DNA of 64,000 nt from a virus. The notes under the pieces were generated by a model, which was not told the DNA's origin, made no database searches, and was given only the letters and a program-made list of their open reading frames with translations. Of this stretch, positions 1 through 10,927 are shown one piece after another (positions within the stretch are counted from its first letter, which is position 1; the number at the start of each line of letters is the position of its first letter). The translations under genes and the position numbers were made by a program. The stretch covers positions 48,920-112,919 of IMG/VR virus record IMGVR_UViG_3300033182_000991; one strand, 5' to 3'.

Positions 1-265
1 TTGTTGCAATTGAATAGTTTTTTCTAATCTCGTCTTCATGTTCAGGTGAGAATATAACTGAGTCGAACCCATCACCTCCGTTTGATTTTGGATGAGTAGA
101 AACTCTCCACCAATCCCTTGGCATTTCTTCGGTTAAGTAATGGTGTATACGTTCGGCGTATTCATCCTTTAAGAAGTCTTCAATGACTACTACTCTTTTA
201 GTGATGTACTCCTCTCTGATTGACTGAATATCTAAATCAGGGTTGATGATATCTTTCAAGGTCAT
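1..265 (-). CDS. partial 2OG-Fe(II) oxygenase-like protein (N-terminus only)
   Basis: Manual translation MTLKDIINPDLDIQSIREEYITKRVVVIEDFLKDEYAERI; the VVIEDFL start is typical of these oxygenases; runs off the window edge. Confidence 0.5.
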   Translation of the reverse strand, partial: MTLKDIINPDLDIQSIREEYITKRVVVIEDFLKDEYAERIHHYLTEEMPRDWWRVSTHPKSNGGDGFDSVIFSPEHEDEIRKNYSIAT

Positions 266-267
266 AA

Positions 268-846
268 TTAATATTCTGTGTTGAAGAAAAATACTTGAAA
301 TAGTCTTCCATCATTTATATCTCTACCGAAGTAATCTAATGAGATATGGAAATTGTCGGCTCTATACATAACCATTCGATTAAATAGATTTCCAAACTTA
401 TCTACCTGTTCCCATTTGGTAATGTCTTTTGCCGTTTCCATTGGTGAGTTAGGGTCGAACTCATCGTCCTTATGTTCCTCATAATTCCAACTCATCAGTC
501 CTGTGTGTTTGTGACGATAAATTCCTGTTCCTGCGGTTACAGGTGCGTCGGGTGTTAGATATAGTACTGCTGCCCAATCAGTATAAGAGTCTGAGTGAAT
601 CCATGAACGGTCTTGGGCGGTCGTATACTGGAATGAACCTGTATATTCACCACCCCAAAAGGTTACCTCACCTGCGATGGGTCTTAAAATATCTGCTAAA
701 CCTTCTTTAATATCTTCATTAAGGTGTGGTTTGGTTCTGAAACCTGGAAAGTTGCCAGTCACGTCAAACTCTTGCTGAAGAGCAAAGTCTCGTACCTCGT
801 AAGGGTTGCTGTAAAAATCATCAATGATTAATGAATTGACTCTCAT
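268..846 (-). CDS. DUF6445-like 2OG-Fe(II) oxygenase
   Basis: IIDDFYSNP start, WIHSD (HxD), AVLYL, NRMVMYR..FH, RLFQVFF. Confidence 0.75.
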   Translation of the reverse strand: MRVNSLIIDDFYSNPYEVRDFALQQEFDVTGNFPGFRTKPHLNEDIKEGLADILRPIAGEVTFWGGEYTGSFQYTTAQDRSWIHSDSYTDWAAVLYLTPDAPVTAGTGIYRHKHTGLMSWNYEEHKDDEFDPNSPMETAKDITKWEQVDKFGNLFNRMVMYRADNFHISLDYFGRDINDGRLFQVFFFNTEY

Positions 847-897
847 AGTATCTTTTTTGTTAAAGATAAATCAAAAGGATATAAAGAAAATATGATT

Positions 898-1872
898 TTA
901 TAGATAATCTTTGAAGTTGTCATTGATGAATTCTCTTACTCTTCCATCATCTGCCCATTCAGGCCAACTAACACGAATGGATTCACCTTCTTCAACTAAG
1001 AAATATTCTAATAGACTTTCAAGACTTCCGTAATATTCAAAGTCATTATCACTTTGGTAACCACCCCAATTTAAAACTTTTTTAACTACTCTTGGTAGTA
1101 ATTTTGTTACATCAACTTGTGTATAGGTATCATCAACTTCAATTGGTTGATTGGTGCCGGCTTTGTAAGTCTTTCTTTTATAAGGGACTTCACGCATGAA
1201 GAAGTGTTCCTCAAATAAATTTCTTAGTCCATTCATCACATCGTCATACAACTCATCATAGTAAGCTGATTCCTCAGCATTTATATGAATAGTTTCTAAT
1301 TCTTGTAAAACTTCAGGAGCATTTTCTTTGATAAATGATGATAGTTCATCGTCATCCATATTATCAATAAGGTCAAAGGTTGCAATGTCTTTAACATCAT
1401 TCACTTCCACTTCTTTACCTTCAACTTCTTGGTAAACGGATTGCTTCAAATAATTAACATTATCGGGAGTAAGCTCTCCAATGAAATAGGTAAGGTCATA
1501 AATCTGTGAATCTATATCTAAGAAAGGTGTATCATCTTGTAGAATTAACTTAGCTAAACCTTGTGAGTTGTCTCTATCATCTCTGAAGAATTTTGACAAA
1601 TCCTCACGGTCAATCCTCATCCAATATTTATTACCATCCATAGTAACATCGTCAAGGTAACCAAGGAGAAATTCAACAACAAACTTAGGGTCATCCTCGT
1701 AGTGAGCGTTCATCACCTCAGTTAAATAACCTTCTTCAATGAGGTGGTCTAACATTTCACCTAACAGATTTTTGGATTTTAAGAATTTAATAAAAGCATC
1801 GGAATCTCCATTGAAATATTTACCGATGAAATCCCCGAGGTCGTTATCTTCTAAGAATTGGATTAAGTCCAT
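898..1872 (-). CDS. acidic hypothetical protein (late promoter)
   Basis: 324-aa ORF, TATTTATA on the minus strand at 1887-1894. Confidence 0.8.
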   Translation of the reverse strand: MDLIQFLEDNDLGDFIGKYFNGDSDAFIKFLKSKNLLGEMLDHLIEEGYLTEVMNAHYEDDPKFVVEFLLGYLDDVTMDGNKYWMRIDREDLSKFFRDDRDNSQGLAKLILQDDTPFLDIDSQIYDLTYFIGELTPDNVNYLKQSVYQEVEGKEVEVNDVKDIATFDLIDNMDDDELSSFIKENAPEVLQELETIHINAEESAYYDELYDDVMNGLRNLFEEHFFMREVPYKRKTYKAGTNQPIEVDDTYTQVDVTKLLPRVVKKVLNWGGYQSDNDFEYYGSLESLLEYFLVEEGESIRVSWPEWADDGRVREFINDNFKDYL

Positions 1873-1949
1873 TGTTATTGTTTTATTATAAATACAAAAA
1901 AAGGGAGAAATAATTCCTCCCTTTTATTCTGTTTAATTTTTTCTTTCTA

Positions 1950-2075
1950 TTACTTCTTTTCGTAATACTTTTCAACAGTCTTTTTAATGGCGTTTTGAAC
2001 CTGAGTCTGTGTTGAGGCAGCTTGAGTTTGAGTTTGTTTTGCTGCTTGTGCTTTTTGTTTACATCCGCATCCCAT
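1950..2075 (-). CDS. small MGCGCK-start Q/T/A-rich protein (41 aa, not in ORF track)
   Basis: MGCGCKQKAQAAKQTQTQAASTQTQVQNAIKKTVEKYYEKK; TATTTAT upstream (~2112); hairpin downstream (1898-1925). Confidence 0.7.
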   Translation of the reverse strand: MGCGCKQKAQAAKQTQTQAASTQTQVQNAIKKTVEKYYEKK

Positions 2076-2144
2076 AGTTTTATTTTTTTAAGGTGAAAAA
2101 GTTTATTTACTAATAAATATATTTGGTTTTAATTATCTGTAAAG

Positions 2145-2780
2145 ATGAACGCAAGTAAAAAATGTAATTTAATATACTGGGGGACTGCGGGATGTGGTTC
2201 TCGTAGTATCGGTAGTTTCATTCAAAGAGTTGGATGTGACGATTTTAAGAACACCGTGTACGACCAACTCATTGCAGTGGAATGTTCCCATACTCATAAC
2301 GTAGGAATACCTGAAGGTTATGAAGATTGTGATATCGTTGCCGTGGTTAGAAACCCATATTCATTATTTGTGAGTAGGTGGTTTGACGAGTCCAATGACT
2401 TTGAATACGAAGAAGTAAGAAATGGATTCAAAGATTTTGTGTATAATAATCCGTTGTGGGATTACTTTGGACAAGGTGATTTCTTTTTCCTACATCAATG
2501 GAAAGAGATTGGTAGGTTTCCCAACCATATTATAAGGATGGAACATATGGAAGAAGACTTAAATAAGGTCAAAGTCCTTAGAGATATGGAAAAGTTTGAT
2601 GAAAGTATCGAAACATATGTCACGCAAAATATATTCAAGAACGGTTCTAAGAACGACAGTTACATCGGTGAACATCAGGATTATAAGATTTATTGGACAG
2701 AAGATATTGCAGACTTCTTTTATGAGAAGATGGAGGAATATTTCACCACCTTCAATTATGATAGAGATTCTTGGAAGTAA
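2145..2780 (+). CDS. sulfotransferase family 2-like protein
   Basis: GTAGCGSRSI N-terminal loop, VVRNPY..VS, IRME.MEEDL, C-terminal F.Y pattern. Confidence 0.65.
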   Translation: MNASKKCNLIYWGTAGCGSRSIGSFIQRVGCDDFKNTVYDQLIAVECSHTHNVGIPEGYEDCDIVAVVRNPYSLFVSRWFDESNDFEYEEVRNGFKDFVYNNPLWDYFGQGDFFFLHQWKEIGRFPNHIIRMEHMEEDLNKVKVLRDMEKFDESIETYVTQNIFKNGSKNDSYIGEHQDYKIYWTEDIADFFYEKMEEYFTTFNYDRDSWK

Positions 2781-2805
2781 GAGTATTTATAGTAAACGAT
2801 AATGT

Positions 2806-4401
2806 ATGAGTCTTAGTCAGATATTACTTGAGGGGAGAAAAGATGATTTCTTAAATAAGTTTAGGGATAAGTTTACTGGTGAAGAGTTGAAAGATATCTT
2901 CATGTTGTCTCGTGATTTGGCATCCAACCATAAGTTCTTAATGTTCTTAGGTAAGGTGTTGGAAACAGGTAAGGTAGATATCAATAAGACCAGAGACCTT
3001 ATTCAGAACTTCGTGAAATACCAAAAGGTATTACCAACGAAAGACATTTACTTATTTGATAGTCTTCAATCTATTCAAGATGAGATTGACCAACACGAAA
3101 ACAAAGTCAGAAGGCAGGTTAAGGAGTTGGAAGGTGCCGACCAAGTATATGAAGACGACAGGTTCGTTATTGTAACACCAAAGAATCACAAAACAAGTTG
3201 TTATTATGGTGCTGGTACCAAATGGTGTACTGCGTCTATGGATGGTTCTTCACACTTTGACCGTTACAATCAAGACGGTAAGTTGTTCTACATCATTGAT
3301 AAGAAAGCCAAATCTCAGGACCGTTTTTACAAAGTTGCATTACTAAACAAATATGATGGTAACCAAACATTCTATGATGCTCCTGATAAAGCCTTCAATG
3401 AAGGTTGGATTTTAGGTTCAGAACAATGGAACAAAATGAATGGTGCTATTCAAGACTACATTCAAAGTAAATTCAAAAGAGAGATTGATATTTTCAAAGA
3501 TAAGGAAGCGGCACGTCTTGAGATGGAAAGAATCCGTAGAGAACAACAGGCTGAGAGAACAAGACAAAAACTACAAACTCAAAGAGAACGTAAAGAAAAT
3601 GACGAATGGAATCTCAATAACAATCCTGATGAAATGGGTATTCATGCTAATGCCGTATTCAACATACTTGATGATTTGGGTGTTGAAGTGGGTGAAGGTG
3701 AAAGTGTTTATAACTTAGTACCAGCGGACCACGGTCATATGGGTCTAACAACTTTTGAATGGTTGGGTGAAGACGAGCAAGGAAGAGAGATTGCGGTAGG
3801 TGATTGGGACCAAGTGTGGGAAGCGGCAAAAGATTACTACCAAAACGTTTGGGATGAAATGGGTATTGAAGGTTGGAATAGAGACTTCATTGAATCACAC
3901 TTAGATACTGATAAGGTTGAGGATTACTTTGAAGAGATATATGAGTCAATGATTGATGACGACCCACAGTCTTATTTTGACGAAGATGAATTACCTTTAT
4001 CTGAAGAACAACAACAAAAGGTTGAGAAACTTAGAGAAGAGATTGAAGAGTTGAATGATATTGTCAATTACTCTGAAGATGAAGATGAGATTGGTTTTGC
4101 CGAAGAAAGAATCCAAGAGATTGAATCAGAGATAGAAGACGAAGAAAACAATCCTGAAGGTGAACCTACAGTAGGTCAGATAGAGGACAAAGTTCAAGAT
4201 ATGTTGTATGATGTAAAACAGAACCCTCTTGACTACTTGAATGACTATGGATTTGACATTGGTGGTTTTGTTGATGTTGACGAGCTCATTGAAGATTCCC
4301 TTAATTACGACGGTGTTGGACCTGCATTATCATCTTATGATGGTGAGGTATATGAATCACTTATAAATGGTGAGTGGTATCACGTAGTTATTGTTGAATA
4401 A
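2806..4401 (+). CDS. large hypothetical protein with SCYYG.GTKWC domain and acidic C-terminus (late, likely virion-associated)
   Basis: 531-aa ORF; GTATTTATAG at ~2783; starts MSLSQILLEG. Confidence 0.75.
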   Translation: MSLSQILLEGRKDDFLNKFRDKFTGEELKDIFMLSRDLASNHKFLMFLGKVLETGKVDINKTRDLIQNFVKYQKVLPTKDIYLFDSLQSIQDEIDQHENKVRRQVKELEGADQVYEDDRFVIVTPKNHKTSCYYGAGTKWCTASMDGSSHFDRYNQDGKLFYIIDKKAKSQDRFYKVALLNKYDGNQTFYDAPDKAFNEGWILGSEQWNKMNGAIQDYIQSKFKREIDIFKDKEAARLEMERIRREQQAERTRQKLQTQRERKENDEWNLNNNPDEMGIHANAVFNILDDLGVEVGEGESVYNLVPADHGHMGLTTFEWLGEDEQGREIAVGDWDQVWEAAKDYYQNVWDEMGIEGWNRDFIESHLDTDKVEDYFEEIYESMIDDDPQSYFDEDELPLSEEQQQKVEKLREEIEELNDIVNYSEDEDEIGFAEERIQEIESEIEDEENNPEGEPTVGQIEDKVQDMLYDVKQNPLDYLNDYGFDIGGFVDVDELIEDSLNYDGVGPALSSYDGEVYESLINGEWYHVVIVE

Positions 4402-4437
4402 TTCTTCCAATAACTTATATTACTAAAAACTTTACGG

Positions 4438-5181
4438 ATGCAATTAGACTGGATTATTCAAGACCCAATAGATTTCGAGCACAAACAATATTTGATTCTC
4501 GATTATATAAAGAAGACTGGTGAGAAGTTGGAGAGATTTGAACTCTACCCTGCTTTTCAGGAATTGTCTTTGTTATATAGTAGTGCTCAGAGAGTTTTGG
4601 ACCACGGTCAATTCATTACGTTTAAGAGAGAACCTGAGGAAATAGATGATGAAATATTATTTATTGATTTGATATATAATACCATTAGATTCAAAGATTC
4701 TGAGGAGGGTAACGAAATATTAAAGATTGCGGAATTTGCCACTAAGTCATTCAAGGAATTGTTTATGGTTGCAAAATCTTTATGGTCGATTATAAATGAC
4801 AGTGTTAGTTTAGAAATCACAAACGACTTAAATAGAGCTAAGGGTGGTTGGGGTTACTTTTATTTTGACTATAATGGTGAGTTATATGTATATGAATATC
4901 ATATAAAACTTTTGAATCCAAAGGCCCGTGAAAATAAATGTTATATCACAAACATCTATAGAGGTAAAGAGAAAGATATTGATGAAATTATCACAGAAAA
5001 GGGGTATTTTGGTATTAATGGTGAAAAACCGAATGAACATTTTGGTTTGGAATTTCCGATTTTTAAGATTACATTTGACCAAACCTTTCCATTGGAAGGG
5101 TGTTTACTTTCTTTGAGTAAGAGGAAAGTAATGAATTACATATTTCAATCGATTAAAATAAAAGACCTTAAAATAAATTAA
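4438..5181 (+). CDS. hypothetical protein
   Basis: 247-aa ORF in a co-directional operon. Confidence 0.75.
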   Translation: MQLDWIIQDPIDFEHKQYLILDYIKKTGEKLERFELYPAFQELSLLYSSAQRVLDHGQFITFKREPEEIDDEILFIDLIYNTIRFKDSEEGNEILKIAEFATKSFKELFMVAKSLWSIINDSVSLEITNDLNRAKGGWGYFYFDYNGELYVYEYHIKLLNPKARENKCYITNIYRGKEKDIDEIITEKGYFGINGEKPNEHFGLEFPIFKITFDQTFPLEGCLLSLSKRKVMNYIFQSIKIKDLKIN

Positions 5182-5282
5182 GATGGATATTACAACAAAA
5201 ATTGACACAGAGTACCTTTACCAATTAGTAAAAGAGACACCAAACGATTTAGAGTTAGGTGGAAAAATCAGAGCCTACATTT

Positions 5283-5690
5283 ATGAAGTCGAAGAAGCCT
5301 GATAATGTTGTATGGGACGATAAACTTCAAAAGTATAACGCTTCTTTATTACCTTACTCCACTAATGTTAGTGGGCCAGTCATCAAGTTAGATGATGTAG
5401 GTGCATTCAAAGAAAGGGGTGTTAACAGAGTTCAAAAGACCTTCAGTGCGAAATATAAAGAATTGGTTGATGAATACAATCACCTCATCAGTGAAGTAGA
5501 ACTGAATGAGATGATTTATAATTCAAATTATTCTTTTGAACCTGTTATTGGTGAAATTTATCATTTGTATATTAGAAATAATGGAAAATATTTCTTATCT
5601 TTGATATCTCCACGAGAGTGGAATATGGAATACATAACATCAGTAAGACTTAATTCAGAACATAAATGGGTTTCAACAAAAGATTTCTAA
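5283..5690 (+). CDS. DUF2452-like protein
   Basis: FEPVIGEIYHLY...LSLISPREW motif; start moved to the ATG at 5283. Confidence 0.7.
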   Translation: MKSKKPDNVVWDDKLQKYNASLLPYSTNVSGPVIKLDDVGAFKERGVNRVQKTFSAKYKELVDEYNHLISEVELNEMIYNSNYSFEPVIGEIYHLYIRNNGKYFLSLISPREWNMEYITSVRLNSEHKWVSTKDF

Positions 5691-5851
5691 ACAAAGAGGT
5701 AATCCTTAGGACCGAAGAAAAATTCTTGGACGATTTATTCAGTGCAGATGCTTTCATCATGGACGAATGGTCAGAAAAGTTTATGAAGCTTCACGAAGAT
5801 GGATTAGATAAACTTCAAATTATTGGAATGTTAGATGATGGAGAAAATTAA
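5666..5851 (+). CDS. hypothetical protein
   Basis: Short ORF overlapping its neighbours in operon fashion. Confidence 0.6.
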   Translation: MGFNKRFLNKEVILRTEEKFLDDLFSADAFIMDEWSEKFMKLHEDGLDKLQIIGMLDDGEN

Positions 5852-6821
5852 TTTTTCCGACTCTTCATTATACCACCCAAAAGGTATATTGAGGAAACCT
5901 ATCAACATTGAAATCACTGACGATGTAATCTCAGTGGTTTTAGCTGGTGGTTTGGGTAACATGATGTTCCAAATATCCACCATCTTATCTTACGCCAAAG
6001 ATAATAATCTACGACCTCTTATTGGTTATTGGACCACACACCAATCAGAAAGTTCCCGATGGTCAAAGAGGTTGAATCGTTATGCGAGGAATCATCACTT
6101 TGAACCGTGGGGTGGACACATCTTACAAGACAGACCAGTTTCGTTGGGTGAGGTATACCCAAAGTTACCGTGGTTTAACGATAGACCAAACGCATTTGAG
6201 TGGTGGTTCAATCAAGACTTTGCGTATGAATTAGATACTGGTAAGTCTGGGTTGTTTGTGGATATTGGTAAGGATTTGACTCCACCATTTTTAGTTCAGG
6301 GTTACTTCTTCAACTACAGATTTTGGCACCACAACAGAGACTATATCTTGGATATGTTTACATTGGATGAGGAACTAAGGGATTGGATGTACTACCACTA
6401 TGGTAACCTTTTCCAAGAAAAGACAATCTCAGTACACTTACGATTAGGTAATGATACAGACTTTATGCCTGTTGAGAAGGTTCCAATGAAATGGGTGATA
6501 GATAAAATTGAGTCATTAGTTGAAGGTAAAGATGACAATGTATTAATTTTTTCAGATAATTTACCTGCTGCAAAAAAAATGTTGTATCTTAACTGTGATG
6601 TTCGTCGTTCACAATTACATTTCATTGAGGATGACCCTTACATTTGTATGGAGTTGATGTCACGATGTGAAAAACACATATTATCCAATTCAACCTTATC
6701 TTTTTGGGGTGCATATATGGATAGAAATGAAAACAATCCCGAGACTTATATACACGAGTCTTTCTTCAAGGAACACCCAATTGAGATGATTCCTTATGAC
6801 AACTGGAAAATAGAAGAATAA
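5835..6821 (+). CDS. alpha-1,2-fucosyltransferase (GT11)
   Basis: GGLGNMMFQ, VQGYF, SVHLRLG.D, IFSD, SNSTLSFWGAY. Confidence 0.88.
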   Translation: MMEKINFSDSSLYHPKGILRKPINIEITDDVISVVLAGGLGNMMFQISTILSYAKDNNLRPLIGYWTTHQSESSRWSKRLNRYARNHHFEPWGGHILQDRPVSLGEVYPKLPWFNDRPNAFEWWFNQDFAYELDTGKSGLFVDIGKDLTPPFLVQGYFFNYRFWHHNRDYILDMFTLDEELRDWMYYHYGNLFQEKTISVHLRLGNDTDFMPVEKVPMKWVIDKIESLVEGKDDNVLIFSDNLPAAKKMLYLNCDVRRSQLHFIEDDPYICMELMSRCEKHILSNSTLSFWGAYMDRNENNPETYIHESFFKEHPIEMIPYDNWKIEE

Positions 6822-6838
6822 TTATAAATAAAAGAACC

Positions 6839-7033
6839 ATGAGAAAACCAAAATCCGATTTTGAACTTTTAGCTCCAAAGATGAGACAACCGATTCACAT
6901 TACTTATCTCGCTAAATACATCCTTAAAAAGACTATTGAAGAAACGCAAGAAGTGATTAACAGAGGTGTTGATATGGGAATATTTGAGGAAGTAAAATTT
7001 AATGGTTACTTCAAACTAAAAAACCAAGATTAA
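6839..7033 (+). CDS. small winged-helix-like hypothetical protein
   Basis: 64-aa ORF in operon. Confidence 0.55.
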   Translation: MRKPKSDFELLAPKMRQPIHITYLAKYILKKTIEETQEVINRGVDMGIFEEVKFNGYFKLKNQD

Positions 7034-7034
7034 G

Positions 7035-7256
7035 ATGAGTAAAGAGTTGGTTAACCATCCCGACCATTACGGTGGGGAAGAGAATCCGTATGAGGTGGTG
7101 AAGATTGCTGAGGCGACAGGGATTGATAAAGATGCCTACCTATTCAATGTACTGAAATATATTGTCAGAAGTGGAAAGAAAGATGACAATCCACCTTTAC
7201 AAGATTTGAAAAAAGCGTTATGGTATTTGGAACGCAGAATTAAAACAATGGAATAA
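7035..7256 (+). CDS. DUF3310 / T7 gp1.7-like protein
   Basis: VNHPDHY, NVLKYIVR.GKK, DLKKALWYLER. Confidence 0.88.
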   Translation: MSKELVNHPDHYGGEENPYEVVKIAEATGIDKDAYLFNVLKYIVRSGKKDDNPPLQDLKKALWYLERRIKTME

Positions 7257-7428
7257 TGGCGATATTGATTAACTATCTATTCATCGGAGTATTGGTGGCA
7301 TTTCTTTTGGAGATGTTGGTCGGTAAAGTTGCTGGTGAAAGATTCACATTCGGTGAAAGACTATTTGTAATCACACTATGGCCGATTTCCCTTATGGTGT
7401 TCCTAACAGGATTTTTTAACGAAGGAGA

Positions 7429-8313
7429 ATGAAAGAAATAAAAGAATTAATAGGAGACATTCACTGTTCGGATACAGTGAAGTTTATGAATGAAATGCCT
7501 GAGAAGTCGATTGACTTGATTGTCACATCACCACCTTATGGGGTTGGGATTGACTATGACTGTTGGGACGATGATAAATACTTTTCTGAGTATATGGAGT
7601 TTACTCGTGAATGGTTAAGTGCTGCGTACCGCGTGTTGAAAGACGATGGTCGTATTGCGGTAAACATTCCATATGAGATTAACCGTCAGAAGAAAGGTGG
7701 TCGTATCTATTTCTCTGCGGAGATTTGGATGGTAATGAAACATCTGGGTTTCGGGTTCTTTGGTCTTGTGGATTTGGAAGAGAGTTCACCACACAGAAGT
7801 AAGACAACTGCTTGGGGTAGTTGGATGAGTCCATCCGCACCATACATCTACAATCCGAAAGAGTGTGTCATCTTAGCGTATAAGAATCTTCCAAAGAAAA
7901 AAACAAAGGGAACACCTCAATGGGAAGGTGAATACCAAATGGTTCCAAACGAGAAGATTGAGGGTGAGTTCAGAAAGAAGTTGGTTTATGATGAGAAAGA
8001 TAAGAAAGACTTTATGTCTTTGGTCTTCGGTCAGTGGAACTACTTTGCGGATACTCAACAGAAGACTAAGGCGACCTTCTCTTTGGACATTCCATACAGA
8101 GCGATTAAGATTATGTCTTACAAAGAAGATTTAGTATTTGACCCATTCAACGGTTCAGGAACAACATGTTTAGCTGCTGAGATGTTGGGACGACCATGGT
8201 TGGGATGTGATATATCAAAGGACTATTGTGACGTTGCCAAAGAAAGACTCCAAGAGTATAAACTGGAACAGCAGCAGTTAGAAATTGTATTAGATGAGCA
8301 TTCAAAACATTAA
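7429..8313 (+). CDS. beta-class DNA methyltransferase (N4-C/N6-A)
   Basis: IDLIVTSPPY (motif IV) N-terminal; VFDPFNGSGTT (motif I) C-terminal. Confidence 0.92.
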   Translation: MKEIKELIGDIHCSDTVKFMNEMPEKSIDLIVTSPPYGVGIDYDCWDDDKYFSEYMEFTREWLSAAYRVLKDDGRIAVNIPYEINRQKKGGRIYFSAEIWMVMKHLGFGFFGLVDLEESSPHRSKTTAWGSWMSPSAPYIYNPKECVILAYKNLPKKKTKGTPQWEGEYQMVPNEKIEGEFRKKLVYDEKDKKDFMSLVFGQWNYFADTQQKTKATFSLDIPYRAIKIMSYKEDLVFDPFNGSGTTCLAAEMLGRPWLGCDISKDYCDVAKERLQEYKLEQQQLEIVLDEHSKH

Positions 8314-8448
8314 AGTGATTGATGGTGATACTTTGATAATCACCACAACAGACAACGAGGTAAGGTGGTACGATAAGAACAAACTCAGTGGACCACAGAG
8401 AGCGTGGTTTGATAACATCTTAGCTTGTAGTGTATCATTAGTAGACGA

Positions 8449-8474
8449 AACCCCTTCAAGATAAGGGGTTTTTT
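8449..8474 (+). terminator. intrinsic terminator
   Basis: aaacccctt-caagat-aaggggttttttt. Confidence 0.75.
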
Positions 8475-8508
8475 CTTGTTAAGGATATTTATAGTAAAGA
8501 TTTTGTTG

Positions 8509-9123
8509 ATGAGAAGATATAGAATGACTGAGTCAGAAAAGAAAAGGATATTAACTTTACATGAGACTGCCACAAAAAATGTATATTTGAGTGAACAGAG
8601 TAGTGAAGTTGACTTTGGGTATGGACATGAAGGTAAACCTGCTGGTCAAGAAGTGTTTGACCACATTAGGAGTTTTGAAAAGTTTGTTCCTTATGTTTAT
8701 GATGACGCGGTTTTCCCATCAAAGCCTTATGACCCTAACTCAGGTAGTCCCAAGGGAACACTAACTATTGGTTATGGTACTACTAACCCTGACATTATCC
8801 AAAAATATCTTAATAAAATGACTCAGGAAGAGGCAATGAGGCTTTCAGCTGAGGATATAAAAGACGCTGCGAAGACCGTTAAGGACTGGCAAAGTAAAGA
8901 CCCTGAAAATCGAAAACTAACCAAGGGTATGTATATTGCTCTGATTGATATGGCGTATAATAGAGGTCGTACTAACTTCATGCAGAGTGGGGTATTAAAA
9001 CAAATCACAAAAGGAAATTATAAACAAGCCGCACAGGAAATATTAAATGGTAAAGGTATTTGGGGTCACCCAGAGAGATTGAAAAAAGACTATGAGATGT
9101 TCTGTAGAGACGGAGGTTGTTAA
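8509..9123 (+). CDS. GH24-type lysozyme with N-terminal virion-targeting-like leader
   Basis: HIRSFE (catalytic E), Y.D, TLTIGYGT, ALIDMAYNRG; leader MTESEKKRILTLHE..LSEQ; ATATTTATAG at ~8485. Confidence 0.8.
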   Translation: MRRYRMTESEKKRILTLHETATKNVYLSEQSSEVDFGYGHEGKPAGQEVFDHIRSFEKFVPYVYDDAVFPSKPYDPNSGSPKGTLTIGYGTTNPDIIQKYLNKMTQEEAMRLSAEDIKDAAKTVKDWQSKDPENRKLTKGMYIALIDMAYNRGRTNFMQSGVLKQITKGNYKQAAQEILNGKGIWGHPERLKKDYEMFCRDGGC

Positions 9124-9134
9124 ATTATAGACAG

Positions 9135-10550
9135 ATGAAAACATTATTAAAAGAAACGGGTTTACGTAACATTGGTGAGTTAGCCAAAAGATATCCAAAG
9201 GCAAAGATTTACTTCCACCAAGATTTGGATGGGGTAACAACAGCTTTGGCGATGAAGAATTATTTGGAAGACAATGGTATCAAAGTGGTTGATGCTGAGA
9301 TTATCCAATACGGTGATAAAGAGTTTGCGGTTAAGAAACAAGATGCCACGGGTGATACGATGCCAGTCTTAGTTGACTTTGCTCACGGTAAACCAATGTT
9401 CGTTATCCACACTGACCACCACGATAGTCAAAGTGGTGTTGAAGGTGATACCGCCACATCATTTAGACCTTCACGTTCAAATGTTGCAACAATCTCAGAT
9501 GTGATGTCACCAAAGGACATCTTTCCTGCTGACGATATTACTTTAATTTCAACTGTGGATTCTGCAGACTTTGCTAAGTATGGATTGAAACCAAAAGATA
9601 TTATGAACTTCATCTTTAGATTAGATAAAGATAAGTCGCTACAAAAGAATAAAATGGCTTTAGGTTTGGCCGCAAACAAATTGATGTTGGCGTATAAGAA
9701 CAAACCTGGTTTTATGGAGGAGTTGGTGATGACATCAAAACCATCATTGTTGAACATCTTCCAAAACATTAGAAGAATTGCTGACAGAGAAAACTATGCG
9801 TCTCCATTGATGATGGCTGCGAATCAAGAAGACTACATTGAGCAGAGAAATCAAGACCCGAACCTTAATTATAAAGATGGTATCATTTACCAATACGGTG
9901 GAGGTAAGATGTTCAAACCAGGTTCATACGACAGATACACACCATTTGAATTACATCCTGACGCTGACTTCTTAATTACGGTTTGGCCGATGGGATTGGT
10001 TCAGGCATCATGTAACCCATTCAAAAAAGAAAGAGAGTTAAAAGGTGTGAACTTAGGTGAGATTGCTCAAGAAGTGTTGAGTAAGTGGGAACCTAAATTA
10101 AGAGAGAAGATTATTCCTTTATCAACCATCAAATGGATTTCTGAGAGTAGTAAACAATTTGGTGAGGATTCTGTAGGTTTCACAAACGCAGATTTGGAAG
10201 CGTTCTACGGTAAGAAGATTAGAGGAATGGAAGGTGGTGACCAGTATATGGAAAACCTAAAACAAATTATGGATAAGAACTTCTCTGAGTTAAGTGAAGA
10301 TGAAATGAAAGTGTTGGACAACTTGGGTGTTCCTGCTTGGGAGATGATTCAAGCAAACTCAGGTGGTCACAAATGTATTACAAATATTTCAGCTCTTAAC
10401 TACTTTGGTAGAAGTAACAGACCTCCTCAAGGTGGATACAAATATAACAGAGGTGGTGGAGATGCACCATACGTTAAGTTCGCTAAGATGATAGGACAGG
10501 AGTTCTATAGAATATTAAGGGAAAAGATTGACGGAAGTAAATCAGAATAA
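9135..10550 (+). CDS. DHH-family phosphoesterase
   Basis: HQDLDG, LVDF, TDHHD, SGGH motifs. Confidence 0.82.
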   Translation: MKTLLKETGLRNIGELAKRYPKAKIYFHQDLDGVTTALAMKNYLEDNGIKVVDAEIIQYGDKEFAVKKQDATGDTMPVLVDFAHGKPMFVIHTDHHDSQSGVEGDTATSFRPSRSNVATISDVMSPKDIFPADDITLISTVDSADFAKYGLKPKDIMNFIFRLDKDKSLQKNKMALGLAANKLMLAYKNKPGFMEELVMTSKPSLLNIFQNIRRIADRENYASPLMMAANQEDYIEQRNQDPNLNYKDGIIYQYGGGKMFKPGSYDRYTPFELHPDADFLITVWPMGLVQASCNPFKKERELKGVNLGEIAQEVLSKWEPKLREKIIPLSTIKWISESSKQFGEDSVGFTNADLEAFYGKKIRGMEGGDQYMENLKQIMDKNFSELSEDEMKVLDNLGVPAWEMIQANSGGHKCITNISALNYFGRSNRPPQGGYKYNRGGGDAPYVKFAKMIGQEFYRILREKIDGSKSE

Positions 10551-10898
10551 TGAGAAGGAGACTTTGTCTCCTTTTTTTATGCCGAGTTGTTTTGTCATAC
10601 CTGCTGGTAGTTCCAATACTTTATCACCATAACCAGTATAAGATTCACATTCCAACTCATCTTTACAGATAGGACAATTTTCGTGGATGGTATCTACTTC
10701 GTCGTTATTGATAAAAATAATATCCAAAGGAACAATACAATCAAACATCCAAAACGATTGTTCACCTTTGGTTGGCATCAAGAAATACATACCTTGAAAC
10801 TCATCATTAAAACGCTGTCCTTGCATTCCTTTGGTGATGGCTTCTTTGGTAACACAAAGTTTAACTTTGATATCTGTATTTCCTATTGAAACTTTCAT
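10542..10898 (-). CDS. DUF192 family protein
   Basis: GMYF..FWM...PLDIIFI...VLELPAG....GIKKGD; start moved to MKVSIG. Confidence 0.85.
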   Translation of the reverse strand: MKVSIGNTDIKVKLCVTKEAITKGMQGQRFNDEFQGMYFLMPTKGEQSFWMFDCIVPLDIIFINNDEVDTIHENCPICKDELECESYTGYGDKVLELPAGMTKQLGIKKGDKVSFSLF

Positions 10899-10927
10899 AT
10901 ACTTATAAATATCTAAACAATCATAAT